Source: an uncultured Planctomycetota bacterium (GTDB taxonomy: Bacteria; Planctomycetota; Planctomycetia; Isosphaerales; Isosphaeraceae). Taken from it: DNA of 64,000 nucleotides. The notes beneath the pieces are model-generated. The model was not told the DNA's origin, ran no database searches, and saw only the letters and a program-made list of their open reading frames with translations. Shown here piece after piece: positions 20,502-29,500 of the stretch (its first letter is position 1; every line of letters starts with the position of its first letter). The DNA is taken from NCBI GenBank assembly GCA_963737655.1, contig CAVTTN010000002.1, positions 640,001 through 704,000 on the forward strand. Direction: 5' to 3'. Position numbers and translations under genes: made by a program.

Positions 20502-20633
20502 CGACCGGGCTCGGTCCCGAGAATCGTTCCAGACGGCACCCTCCTGGACCGATCCTGAGAACGAGGGGTCTGCCGGCCGGGCGGTCGCACGTCGGTAGGA
20601 TGGGCGGATCGCGCGCCGACGGGGGGCGGACGG

Positions 20634-21608
20634 ATGGGGTGGGCCTCAAGGATCGCTCTGATCCCGATCCTCCTGGCGATCGGCGGGACGGCCCTGGCCC
20701 AGGGCGAAGGGGGTCGGGGGCCCGCCGATTCCGGGAGTCCGAACGCCTCGAACTCGCCCTCGGGCGGTCGCCCTGATCCGGATTCGGCGAGCCTTTCCCC
20801 CCTGGAGAGGCTCTGGAAGCGCCTGCTGGTCCCCCTCTCGCACGAGGACGACCCGGACGGCCCGATCAATACCGACCGCCCGACCTTCACTCCGGCCAAT
20901 ACGGTGGTGCCGAACGGGCGGTTCCAGGTCGAATCGGGATACACGTACACCCATGATTTGACCCGATCGTCCCGGACCGACATCCACGACTTCCCCGAGC
21001 TGGCCGTCCGCGTCGGGATCGCCGATCGCGTGGAATTCCGCACGTTCTGGCTCGGGCAGAACTACCAGAGAGTCGTCAGCCGAACCGGCGGGCCGACCCA
21101 GGCCATCAACGGCCCGAGCGACATGGAGATCGGCTTCAAGACCCAGTTGATCCCGGCGGACAAGGACCGGACCTGGCTCCCCACGACGGCCCTGATCACC
21201 TCGATCATGGCGCCCACGGGCGGCGCGTCGCCCTACTCGTCCCAGACGGTCAATCCGTACATCAATCTGATGTACGGCTGGAGCCTCACGGACAAGCTCA
21301 CCCTGGCCGGGAGCACCGGCTACCTCGCCTCCAGGACCCGCGGCTCGGGCGGCCCGGCCGACAGCTTCGAGAGGTACAACCAGTCCCTCGTGGCGTTCCT
21401 CTCGGCGACCGAGAAAACGACGTTCTTCTACGAGTGGTACGCCTTCTTCTACACCAACGCCGCCGACAACCGCCCGAACCACTTCATGGATGGCGGGTTG
21501 CTCTATCATCCCACGCCGAACACTCAGATTGACGTCCGGGCCGGGTTCGGGCTGGGAGACCGGCCGAGCGACCTCTTCACCGGCGCCGGGTTCTCCGTGA
21601 GGTTCTGA
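20634..21608 (+). CDS. Outer-membrane beta-barrel 'transporter' (MetA-pathway/phenol degradation-like)
   Basis: Signal peptide; TDRPTFT..VP.G.FQVESG; C-terminal GFSVRF. Confidence 0.75.
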   Translation: MGWASRIALIPILLAIGGTALAQGEGGRGPADSGSPNASNSPSGGRPDPDSASLSPLERLWKRLLVPLSHEDDPDGPINTDRPTFTPANTVVPNGRFQVESGYTYTHDLTRSSRTDIHDFPELAVRVGIADRVEFRTFWLGQNYQRVVSRTGGPTQAINGPSDMEIGFKTQLIPADKDRTWLPTTALITSIMAPTGGASPYSSQTVNPYINLMYGWSLTDKLTLAGSTGYLASRTRGSGGPADSFERYNQSLVAFLSATEKTTFFYEWYAFFYTNAADNRPNHFMDGGLLYHPTPNTQIDVRAGFGLGDRPSDLFTGAGFSVRF

Positions 21609-21844
21609 GGCGGGGAAGGGCAGGGGAGGCCAGGGCGGACCGATCTCCGCTCGGGCGATTCGGGCCGGATGGGGCTGCCCTGAGGGGGTCCGATCCGGTA
21701 GGCTCGGGTGGGGGCGTCGGGGGCGATGGCCGCCCCCGGTCGGGATCGGCGGCTGCCCATCGCGCGAAGCACGCACCTCGGGTCGATGACGGCCGGGTCC
21801 TCGCGCCCGGAGGCGCATCGATCCCCCTCGAAGGGAGAGCGACG

Positions 21845-22570
21845 ATGGCAGTGGCACCGCCCCAGGACATGTCGCCGCCGGGCTGGGAATACCTTCTCAG
21901 GTTCACCAAGGAGCACGAAGGGCCGGCCTTCTTCATGTACAACAACTGGCCGCTCAAGACCGACAAGCAGGACGTGACCTGCGGGATCGGCTTCCGCCTG
22001 GAGAACCGCGAGATCGCCGGGGGGGACACGATCCGCAACCTGTTCCGCGTGAAGGCGACCGGGGTGGTCCCGTCCGGCGACCTCATGAAGGCGGAATTCG
22101 ATCGCGTGGCGCTGATCCCGAGGACGGCCACGAACCTCTATTCGGCCTACCGCGACACGTCCGACTACGCGATGGACGAGGACGCGACCTGGGAGCACAT
22201 GAGGGCGCTGATGCGGGGCAAGTTCGAGGGGCAGCGCGGGGTCGCCTCCGCCGGGTTCCTCGCCCACTTCAAGGAGATGCCCGCCCAGGCGCAGATCGCC
22301 CTGGTCAGCTACAATTACGGCTGGTCGATCGAGAAATCGCCGAGCCTTTGCCGGATCCTCAACGCCGACCCGATGGATTTCCTGGGGGCGATGGCCCAGG
22401 TCGTCCAGGCGAAGGATAATCCCGAGCTCGCCGCCAAGAACCTCGCCCACCAGACGTTGATGTGGAACGCCGCCCAGATCGTCAAGAGGAAGGGCACCCC
22501 CGACGCCCCGGACTGGAACCAGATCCCCGACGGCTACAAGCCGCCGGCCCGGATGCCGGCCGCCCCCTGA
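21845..22570 (+). CDS. Hypothetical protein with GH24 (T4-like) lysozyme-type N-terminal motif
   Basis: HEG-x4-MY...VTCGIG and [17 protein letters not shown]. Confidence 0.55.
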   Translation: MAVAPPQDMSPPGWEYLLRFTKEHEGPAFFMYNNWPLKTDKQDVTCGIGFRLENREIAGGDTIRNLFRVKATGVVPSGDLMKAEFDRVALIPRTATNLYSAYRDTSDYAMDEDATWEHMRALMRGKFEGQRGVASAGFLAHFKEMPAQAQIALVSYNYGWSIEKSPSLCRILNADPMDFLGAMAQVVQAKDNPELAAKNLAHQTLMWNAAQIVKRKGTPDAPDWNQIPDGYKPPARMPAAP

Positions 22571-22734
22571 TCGGGTCGCCGGGCCCGGAGGCCGAGGATT
22601 CCCGGAGGATCGGGGTGCCAAGGGGCGGGGCCGATCCGGTACTCTCGGGGGACCTCGTCCCGGGCGGGGCGGCCCCGATCGTGGGACTCTCCGGGCCGCC
22701 CTCCGGGACCGTCTCCATCCTGAGGATGACCGTC

Positions 22735-23229
22735 ATGGCCCGACCGCGCGTCTTTTTCGACATCAGCATCGACGGCAAGCCCGCCGGCCGGATCGCCTTC
22801 GAGCTCTTCGACGACATCGTCCCCAAGACGGCCGAGAACTTCCGCGCCCTGGCCACGGGCGAACCGGGCTTCGGCTACAAGGGGTCGTCGTTCCATCGGG
22901 TGATCCCCCAGTTCATGCTCCAGGGGGGCGACTTCACCAACCACAACGGCACCGGAGGCAAGTCGATCTACGGGACGAAGTTCGCCGACGAGAACTTCCA
23001 GCTCAAGCACGACCGGCCGTTCCTGCTCTCGATGGCCAACGCCGGCCCGAACACCAACGGCTCGCAGTTCTTCATCACGACGGTGCCCACCCCCTGGCTC
23101 GACGGCAAGCACGTCGTCTTCGGCGAGGTCGTCGAGGGCTCGGACCTGGTCAAGCTGATCGAGGCCCGGGGCTCCTCCAGCGGGAAGACTCAGGGGAAAA
23201 TCACGATCGAGGACGCCGGGGCGCTCTAA
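22735..23229 (+). CDS. Cyclophilin-type peptidyl-prolyl isomerase
   Basis: [52 protein letters not shown]. Confidence 0.96.
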   Translation: MARPRVFFDISIDGKPAGRIAFELFDDIVPKTAENFRALATGEPGFGYKGSSFHRVIPQFMLQGGDFTNHNGTGGKSIYGTKFADENFQLKHDRPFLLSMANAGPNTNGSQFFITTVPTPWLDGKHVVFGEVVEGSDLVKLIEARGSSSGKTQGKITIEDAGAL

Positions 23230-23386
23230 TCGCGTAGTCCGGTCGGGAATCGTCCGCCCGTTCCTCGTTTCTTCTTGAAACTCGCGGCTCGGGCGCGCAA
23301 TCTTGGTCGATGCGGGTCGGGCATCGCGGCCCGACCCGCGGGCATCTCGCCATCCCGTCACGTCCCTCGACCGGAGGACCCGAACC

Positions 23387-23488
23387 GTGGGCGACAAGGC
23401 GCCGAAAGACAAGGCCAAGCAGAAGAAGATCACCGACACGAAGAAGGCCGCGCCCAAGGCCAACGCGGCGAAGACGGAGAAGAAGTGA
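23387..23488 (+). CDS. 33-aa Lys/Ala-rich small protein
   Basis: GGAGG at 23373-23377, GTG start, host-like codon use (AAG, GCC); upstream TTGAAA-17-CAATCT. Confidence 0.6.
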   Translation: MGDKAPKDKAKQKKITDTKKAAPKANAAKTEKK

Positions 23489-23582
23489 CGAGGGTTCGAA
23501 CCCTCGATCCCGGCCAGGGTGGGCCGTCCGGTCCGATTGCCGACGGCAGATCGGGCGGCCCGCCTCCGGAACCAACCTGGTC

Positions 23583-25106
23583 TCAGGACGGCCCCGCGGT
23601 GCCCCGCCCCGCCCGAGCGAGGCTCCGGGCCGCCAGGCCGAGCAAGAACGGGTGGCCGGGAACGGCCAGCCCGGGGTCGGCCAGCTCCTGGGCCACCCGG
23701 AGCGCGGCCTCGGCCAGCCAGGGATGCCCCGAGGCGCCCCAGACGGCCGAGGTCCACAGGAGCATCCGCCGATACGTCTCCAGGCGCCCCTGGAGCCGGT
23801 GCTCGAACAGGTAGCGGAACGCCCCGGAGTCCAGCTCGGGGTCCGGCGGCGAGTCTCCGTCGCGGAGCCGGATCTCCTCGGCCAGCGCCCCGGCCAGGTC
23901 GGAGTCGTCGAAGAGGTCGGGAAGCGCCTCCAGGACGGCCTCGGCTCGCGAGGCCATGGGGTCGGCCGAGGCCGTCTCCCCGGTCCTCGTCGCGGCGTCG
24001 GCCAGGATCGGCGCCGGGCGGAATCCCGGGCCGACGCTCCTCTCGATCCAGAACGGAAGGGCCGGGCCCGCGGCCTCCGAGCCCAGCCACAGGGCCCCGC
24101 TCAGGAGCATCCGGGCCAGGTCGTCGGCGCCGGTCGCGGCGGAGGGACCGAGCTTCTCCCGGAGGCCGTCGAACAGCCCTCGCGCCCGATCGAACCCGTC
24201 GAAAATCCCGCCGAGGACATCGGTCACGCCCCGGGTCACGTCGCAAACGAACGACGCGACGACCCATTCCCCCCGGTCTTCGCTGAGGAACAGGATCGGC
24301 CCCCGCCCGTCGCGGTCAAGCCCGCCGACGGCGCTGCCTCGGACCGTGGGCGAAGGTCGATCCGGGCCGTTCCTCCAGGCCGAGACCGCGTCCTCGGCCG
24401 ATTCGCCAAGCCGGTCCCGGGCGATCGCCCGGAGCCTCGCGTCGGGATGGTCGGCGGCGATGGCCGCCCAGGCGAGGCGACCGTCGTCGGAATCGCCGAT
24501 CGGCCCGGACAGGGCCTCGATCGCGGCCGATCGGCAGACGTCATCCGCGGCGAAGCTCAGGAGCCGGAGCAGCCGCGAGACGCCCGGCCCCGATCCCTCG
24601 TCGCCCAGGCCGGTGATGATCTCGCGCCGCACTTCCGGCTCGATCGCCCCGAGCCCGCCCAGGGCCACCCAGGTCGATTCCGGGTCGTCCTCGATCTGCG
24701 AGGCGAGCTCGCCGAAGGGCTCGTCGGAGGAGATCAAGTCCTCGATTTCCGCGAGGCGGTCGAGCAATTCGGGCCGGGCCTCGATCCGCCCCGAACCTTC
24801 GAGGACGCCCAGGGCCTCCCACGCCCGATCGGCGTCCAGGTCCGGCTGGCTCACCAGGCCGTCGGCCAGCGCCTCGAACAACCCGGGGTCGGCCAGCGAC
24901 TCGACCAGGCGGACCAGGGCCTCGAAGTCCCCGCCGGAGAGATCGGCCAATCGCGGGCCGATCGCCTCGATCAGAATACCCCGATCAAACCCGCCGACGA
25001 GTCGATCGAGCGTCCCGGCCCGGGTCGCCTCGTCCCACTCGGGATGGTCCCTGAGCGCGTCGAGCAAGGCCGAGGCGGCGGTCATTTCGCGACGATCGAG
25101 GCTCAT
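23583..25106 (-). CDS. Hypothetical acidic alpha-helical (HEAT-like) protein
   Basis: 507-aa ORF rich in Ala/Leu/Asp/Glu helices; no catalytic motif recognised. Confidence 0.65.
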   Translation of the reverse strand: MSLDRREMTAASALLDALRDHPEWDEATRAGTLDRLVGGFDRGILIEAIGPRLADLSGGDFEALVRLVESLADPGLFEALADGLVSQPDLDADRAWEALGVLEGSGRIEARPELLDRLAEIEDLISSDEPFGELASQIEDDPESTWVALGGLGAIEPEVRREIITGLGDEGSGPGVSRLLRLLSFAADDVCRSAAIEALSGPIGDSDDGRLAWAAIAADHPDARLRAIARDRLGESAEDAVSAWRNGPDRPSPTVRGSAVGGLDRDGRGPILFLSEDRGEWVVASFVCDVTRGVTDVLGGIFDGFDRARGLFDGLREKLGPSAATGADDLARMLLSGALWLGSEAAGPALPFWIERSVGPGFRPAPILADAATRTGETASADPMASRAEAVLEALPDLFDDSDLAGALAEEIRLRDGDSPPDPELDSGAFRYLFEHRLQGRLETYRRMLLWTSAVWGASGHPWLAEAALRVAQELADPGLAVPGHPFLLGLAARSLARAGRGTAGPS

Positions 25107-25271
25107 GGTCGGGCCTTGCCGAGGCCTGGAAGCGATCTCATCCCAGGCCCTCCAGGCTGACAGACCGCCGGCCCGGCTTCAAGGGCGCCCGGGGGATTGA
25201 CGATTCGGAGGATCGCGGGTCTGTTGAGCGGAGAGATGTCCTGACGCCGAATCCCGGTCGGGGGGGAGACG

Positions 25272-25859
25272 ATGGACGAGACCTCGGGATCAGCCCTTCT
25301 CGACAGGATGTTGAGGGCCGTGGAAAAGGTGCGCGATCGTCTGACCAGGTCGACCTCGGCCCTGGACGCCGCGGGCGTGGCCTATGCCGTGATCGGCGGG
25401 AACGCCGTCGCGGTGTGGGTGGCGACGATCGACGAGGCGGCCGTCCGCAACACTCAGGACGTGGACATCCTGATTCGTCGCGAGGATCTCGACGGCGCAG
25501 AGGCCGCGCTGGCCGCCGCGGGGTTCATCCGTCGCCACGTCGCTGGGATCGACCTGTTTCTTGACGGGCCCACGGCCAAGGACCGGGACGCCGTCCACGT
25601 CATCTTCGCCGGGGAGAAGGTGAGGCAAGAGTACTCCGATCCGGCGCCCGACGTGACGGAGGTCGAGAGGCCCGGGGATTTCGCCGTCCTCTCGTTGCCG
25701 GCCCTGGTGAGGATGAAGCTGACTTCGTTCCGGGACAAGAATCGGACCCACCTCCGCGATTTCCTGGGCGTCGGACTCCTCGATTCGTCCTGGATCGCCA
25801 GGTTGCCGGACGAGCTGGGCACCCGTCTGCAAATGCTGATCGACACCCCCGACGGGTAA
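25272..25859 (+). CDS. Nucleotidyltransferase-fold protein (pol-beta superfamily)
   Basis: YAVIGGNAV...RNTQDVDIL; LVRMKL..R.K. Confidence 0.7.
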   Translation: MDETSGSALLDRMLRAVEKVRDRLTRSTSALDAAGVAYAVIGGNAVAVWVATIDEAAVRNTQDVDILIRREDLDGAEAALAAAGFIRRHVAGIDLFLDGPTAKDRDAVHVIFAGEKVRQEYSDPAPDVTEVERPGDFAVLSLPALVRMKLTSFRDKNRTHLRDFLGVGLLDSSWIARLPDELGTRLQMLIDTPDG

Positions 25860-25869
25860 CGGGGCGCCC

Positions 25870-26475
25870 TCAATCCCCGTCGCGGAGGTCGATCGGCGTC
25901 AACACGCCTTCGCCGGTGTCGAGCAGGCCGCATCGGCCGTCGCAGACCGCCCCGAGGCCGATCAGGTATCGCTCGTCCGGGTCGAGCCGGAGCGGGTCGA
26001 AGCGGTTCCAGTTCACCGGGCCGGCCGGGGTGTGGGCCGACCATCGGTGGTGGTGGCCGTGGAGCATCAGGCGGTGGGGGGCCGCGGCGAAGCTCCGTTC
26101 GGGAGGCTGGTCCCCCTGCGAGGACCAGAGGTCGGCCAGGTCCTCGGGGTTGAGGAACGGCTCGATGTGACAGATCAGAACGTCCTCGAACTCCATCCGG
26201 GGTCGGAGGGTGGCGAAAAAGGCCAGGCACTCGGCGGAGAACCGCTCGCGGGCCCGGGGCGACGGCTCCCCGCAGAGCCCGTAATCGTGGTTGCCCCACA
26301 CGCCCTCGACGTTCGCCTCGCCCATGATCCGGGCGGCGGCCTCCACGTTCGACCCGGTCTCGAACAGGTCGCCGAGGAAGAGGATGCGATCGACCTGCTC
26401 GCGACGGAACCGGGCCAGGGCCGCCTCCAGGAATTCCAGGTCCTCGTGGACGTCGGCGATCAGCCCGTACTTCAT
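25870..26475 (-). CDS. Calcineurin-like metallophosphoesterase
   Basis: DVH, GD, GNHD, HGHHH motifs; ATGA overlap with the helicase stop. Confidence 0.88.
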   Translation of the reverse strand: MKYGLIADVHEDLEFLEAALARFRREQVDRILFLGDLFETGSNVEAAARIMGEANVEGVWGNHDYGLCGEPSPRARERFSAECLAFFATLRPRMEFEDVLICHIEPFLNPEDLADLWSSQGDQPPERSFAAAPHRLMLHGHHHRWSAHTPAGPVNWNRFDPLRLDPDERYLIGLGAVCDGRCGLLDTGEGVLTPIDLRDGD

Positions 26476-28515
26476 GAATTCGAGCCTTTCGGCGGGGGGA
26501 TCGACCAGCCGAGGTCTTCCGGCGCTTCCACCGTGGCCGTCTCGTACAGGGACGCGTCGATCTCGGCGAGGAATCGGCTGGGAGACGTGACGATCGTGGG
26601 CCCTCGGCCGCCTCGGGAGACCGTCAGGGGATAGGTCATCGTGAGCTCGTCCATCGCCCGGGTCACGGCGACGTAGAAAATCCGCCGCTCTTCCTCGTCG
26701 CCGCCCGGTTCCATCAACGCGCGGGCCGAGGGGAAGCCGTCCTCGATCAAGCGGGGGACGAACACCCGCGACCACTCCAGCCCCTTGGCCTGGTGGATCG
26801 TGCTGAGGACCAGGACGCCCTCGTCCGACTCCTCGGCGCCCAGGGTGTCCACGCCGTACACGTCTCCGGCGAGGAGGAGGTCGGCGATCAGGCGTTCGAG
26901 GCTGTCATACTTCGCCGCGAGGACGCCGAGCTGCTCGATGTCGGCCAGGCGGTTGTCGGGCCGTTCGTAGCGGGAACGGACGGTCGCCGGATAGCCGCCC
27001 TGCAAGATGGCGGCGATCGCGGAGGCCGGCTCGGACTCGGGCCTCGCCGCCTGGACCTTCCTCAGGTCGCTCACGAACCCGGCGAAGAAGCCCTTGCCCT
27101 TGGGGGGGACGACCGCCATGACCTCCGCCGTCGCGAGGCTGGCCATCGGGTCGGCCGAGCCGGCGAGCTTCGCGTAAACGGCCGACGCCTTCGCCGGCCC
27201 CACTCCCGGAAGGAGCAGCAGCAGACGCCTCCACGCCGCTTCGTCCCGGGGATTGGCGATCACCCGGAGGAACGCCAAAACGTCCTTGATGTGGGCCTGC
27301 TCGAAGAACCTCAGGCCGCTGCGGACCGTGTACGGGATGCCCCGGGCCACGAGCTCGGCCTGCAGGAGGATGCTGTCGTGATGATTTCGATACAAAACGG
27401 CCATCCGGGACAGGCCGATGCCCTCGTCCCGGGCTTCCAGGATGAGTTGGCAGATCGAGCTCGGCCTCCTCATAGGCGTCCTGGGTGGGGATCGCGACGG
27501 GGAGGAGGCCATCGGGCCGGGCCGAGACGAGCGTCTTGGGGAATCCGCTCGCATTGTGAACGATCGAGGCATTGGTGAACGCGACGATCTGCGGGGTCGA
27601 GCGGTAATTGATCTCCAACCGGAAGATCCGGGCCGACGGGTTCCGCTCGGGGAACTTGAGGATGTTGTCGTAATTCGCCCCCCGGAAGCGGTAGATCGAC
27701 TGGGCGTCGTCGCCCACGGCCGTGAGGTTGCCGGGCCCGGCCTTCGCGATCGTCTCCACCAGCTCGATCTGGATCGTGTTCGTGTCCTGCATCTCATCGA
27801 CGAGGAGGTGAGCGAACTTGCGGCCGTGCTCGGCCAGGTGCGAGGGGGACTCGCTCAGGAGCCGGCCCCACTGGCCCAGGAGGTCGTCGTAGTCCATGCA
27901 GTTGGCCTCGCGCTTCCTCTGGGCGTAGCGGGACGCGGCGGCCTCGATCTTCGGGAGCCATTCGGTCAGGTTCGGCGACCGCTCGGCGACGACCTCGGCC
28001 AGCGTCTTCCTCACGTTGAACGCGTAGCTGATCAGGTGGCCGACGGCGGCCGGCTTCGGGGCCATCGAGCCGGTGCCGATCATCCCGGCGTCGTCCATCG
28101 CAAGCCGGATGAGGTCGGACTGGTCCTCGCCGTCGAGGATCGTGAAGTTCGGGCCGAACCCCAGGGCCTCGGCCGAGCGTCTCAGGATGCGATTGCCGAT
28201 GTGATGGAACGTCCCGGCCCACACGCGGGCGGCCTCGGGGCCGATCAGCGATTCGAGCCGGGAGACCATCTCGCGAGACGCCCTCCTCGTGAACGTCACC
28301 AGCAAGATCGACTCGGCCGGGACCCCTCGGGCGATCAGGTAGGCCACGCGGTAGGTGATGACCCGCGTCTTGCCCGACCCCGGCCCGGCCAGGATCAGGT
28401 TGTAGCCGTCGGGCGCGGTGGCGGCCTCGCGCTGGGGGGCGTTCAGGTCGCGCTCGAACGCCTCGCGGAGCCGGGACTCGGCCGGCTTCCTCTGGAGCTG
28501 GATCTTCCTCGCCAT
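26472..28515 (-). CDS. UvrD/PcrA-family ATP-dependent DNA helicase (frameshift near 27455-27460)
   Basis: AGPGSGKT, TFT, DEMQD, GDDAQSIY.FRGA, NYRS, STIHQAKGLEW, EEERRIFYVAVTRA. Confidence 0.93.
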
Positions 28516-28536
28516 GACGCCGACTCGACTCTGGGG

Positions 28537-28565
28537 TTCACCGACCGATTCGCGACCGTTATAGT
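28537..28565 (+). promoter_or_regulatory. Putative sigma70 promoter of thyX
   Basis: TTCACC-17 bp-TATAGT in the divergent uvrD/thyX gap. Confidence 0.5.
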
Positions 28566-28623
28566 ACCCCGCGCGACCGGCCCGTCTCTACCGGCTCGCT
28601 CGGCGCAGGGAGGCGCACGTACA

Positions 28624-29427
28624 ATGGCCACGATGGAATCCGAACCGTCCACCACGGTGATCCGCGACCCGAGCGTCTACCTCGTCGGCCGCCAGGCGAT
28701 CGACGAGGACGGCCTGGCGCGGTTCCTCGCCGACGAGGGCGTGACCCGCTGGACCACGGACACCGAGGAGGCCGGCGAGACCCTCGTCGAGGTGGCGGGG
28801 AGGCTCTGCTACAAGTCCTACGCCCGCCCCCGGCCCGGCGGCAACTCGGCGTACATCGGCCACATCCTGGAGGTCGGCCACGGCTCCGTCCTGGAGCACG
28901 CCGTCTTCAACTTCATCATCACCGGGGTCAGCCGATCCTTCACTCATGAACTCGTCCGTCACAGGGCCGGATTTGGATACTCCCAGCTCAGCCAACGTTT
29001 CGTGGACGAGTCCACCACGGCGTTCGTTGAGCCCGACCCGATCGCCGAGGACCCGAAGCTCCACGCGATCTGGCTCGACGCCGTGACGGCGACCCAGAAG
29101 GCATATAAGGCCCTGGCCGACGGGTTGGTCGAGCGATTCTCGGGGATCGAGGACCGGACGCTCCGGAGGAAGAAGGCGCGCGAGGCGGCCCGGTCGGTCC
29201 TGCCCAACGCGACGGAGACCCAGATCTTCGTGACGGGCAACGCCCGGGCGCTCCGGCACTTCATCGAGATGAGGGGCGACGCCGCCGCCGATGCCGAGAT
29301 CCGCAAGGTCGCCCTGGCGATGCTCCGCATCCTCCGCGAGGAGAGCCCGAACCTCTTCGGCGATTACCGCCTGATCGACCTGCCCGAAGGGGGCCAGGCG
29401 GCCGACACGCCGTTCCGCAAGGTCTGA
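28624..29427 (+). CDS. thyX: FAD-dependent thymidylate synthase
   Basis: GHGSVLEH, ELVRHR-x-SQLSQR, AREAARSVLP, N.RALRHF..R. Confidence 0.95.
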   Translation: MATMESEPSTTVIRDPSVYLVGRQAIDEDGLARFLADEGVTRWTTDTEEAGETLVEVAGRLCYKSYARPRPGGNSAYIGHILEVGHGSVLEHAVFNFIITGVSRSFTHELVRHRAGFGYSQLSQRFVDESTTAFVEPDPIAEDPKLHAIWLDAVTATQKAYKALADGLVERFSGIEDRTLRRKKAREAARSVLPNATETQIFVTGNARALRHFIEMRGDAAADAEIRKVALAMLRILREESPNLFGDYRLIDLPEGGQAADTPFRKV

Positions 29428-29438
29428 ATCGGAAGGGC

Positions 29439-29465
29439 ATCGGACCGCGGAATCCGCGGTCCGAT
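29439..29465. terminator. Hairpin between convergent thyX and surface protein gene
   Basis: ATCGGACCGCGG-AAT-CCGCGGTCCGAT. Confidence 0.6.
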
Positions 29466-29500
29466 CCCCGTTCGGAGCGTCGCCAGGCCGTCCCGAATGC

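Noticed and set aside
23489..23506. GAGGGTTCGAACCC as a tRNA T-arm or att-site remnant
   Set aside because: No other tRNA arms and no integrase; better explained as a palindrome ending the small gene
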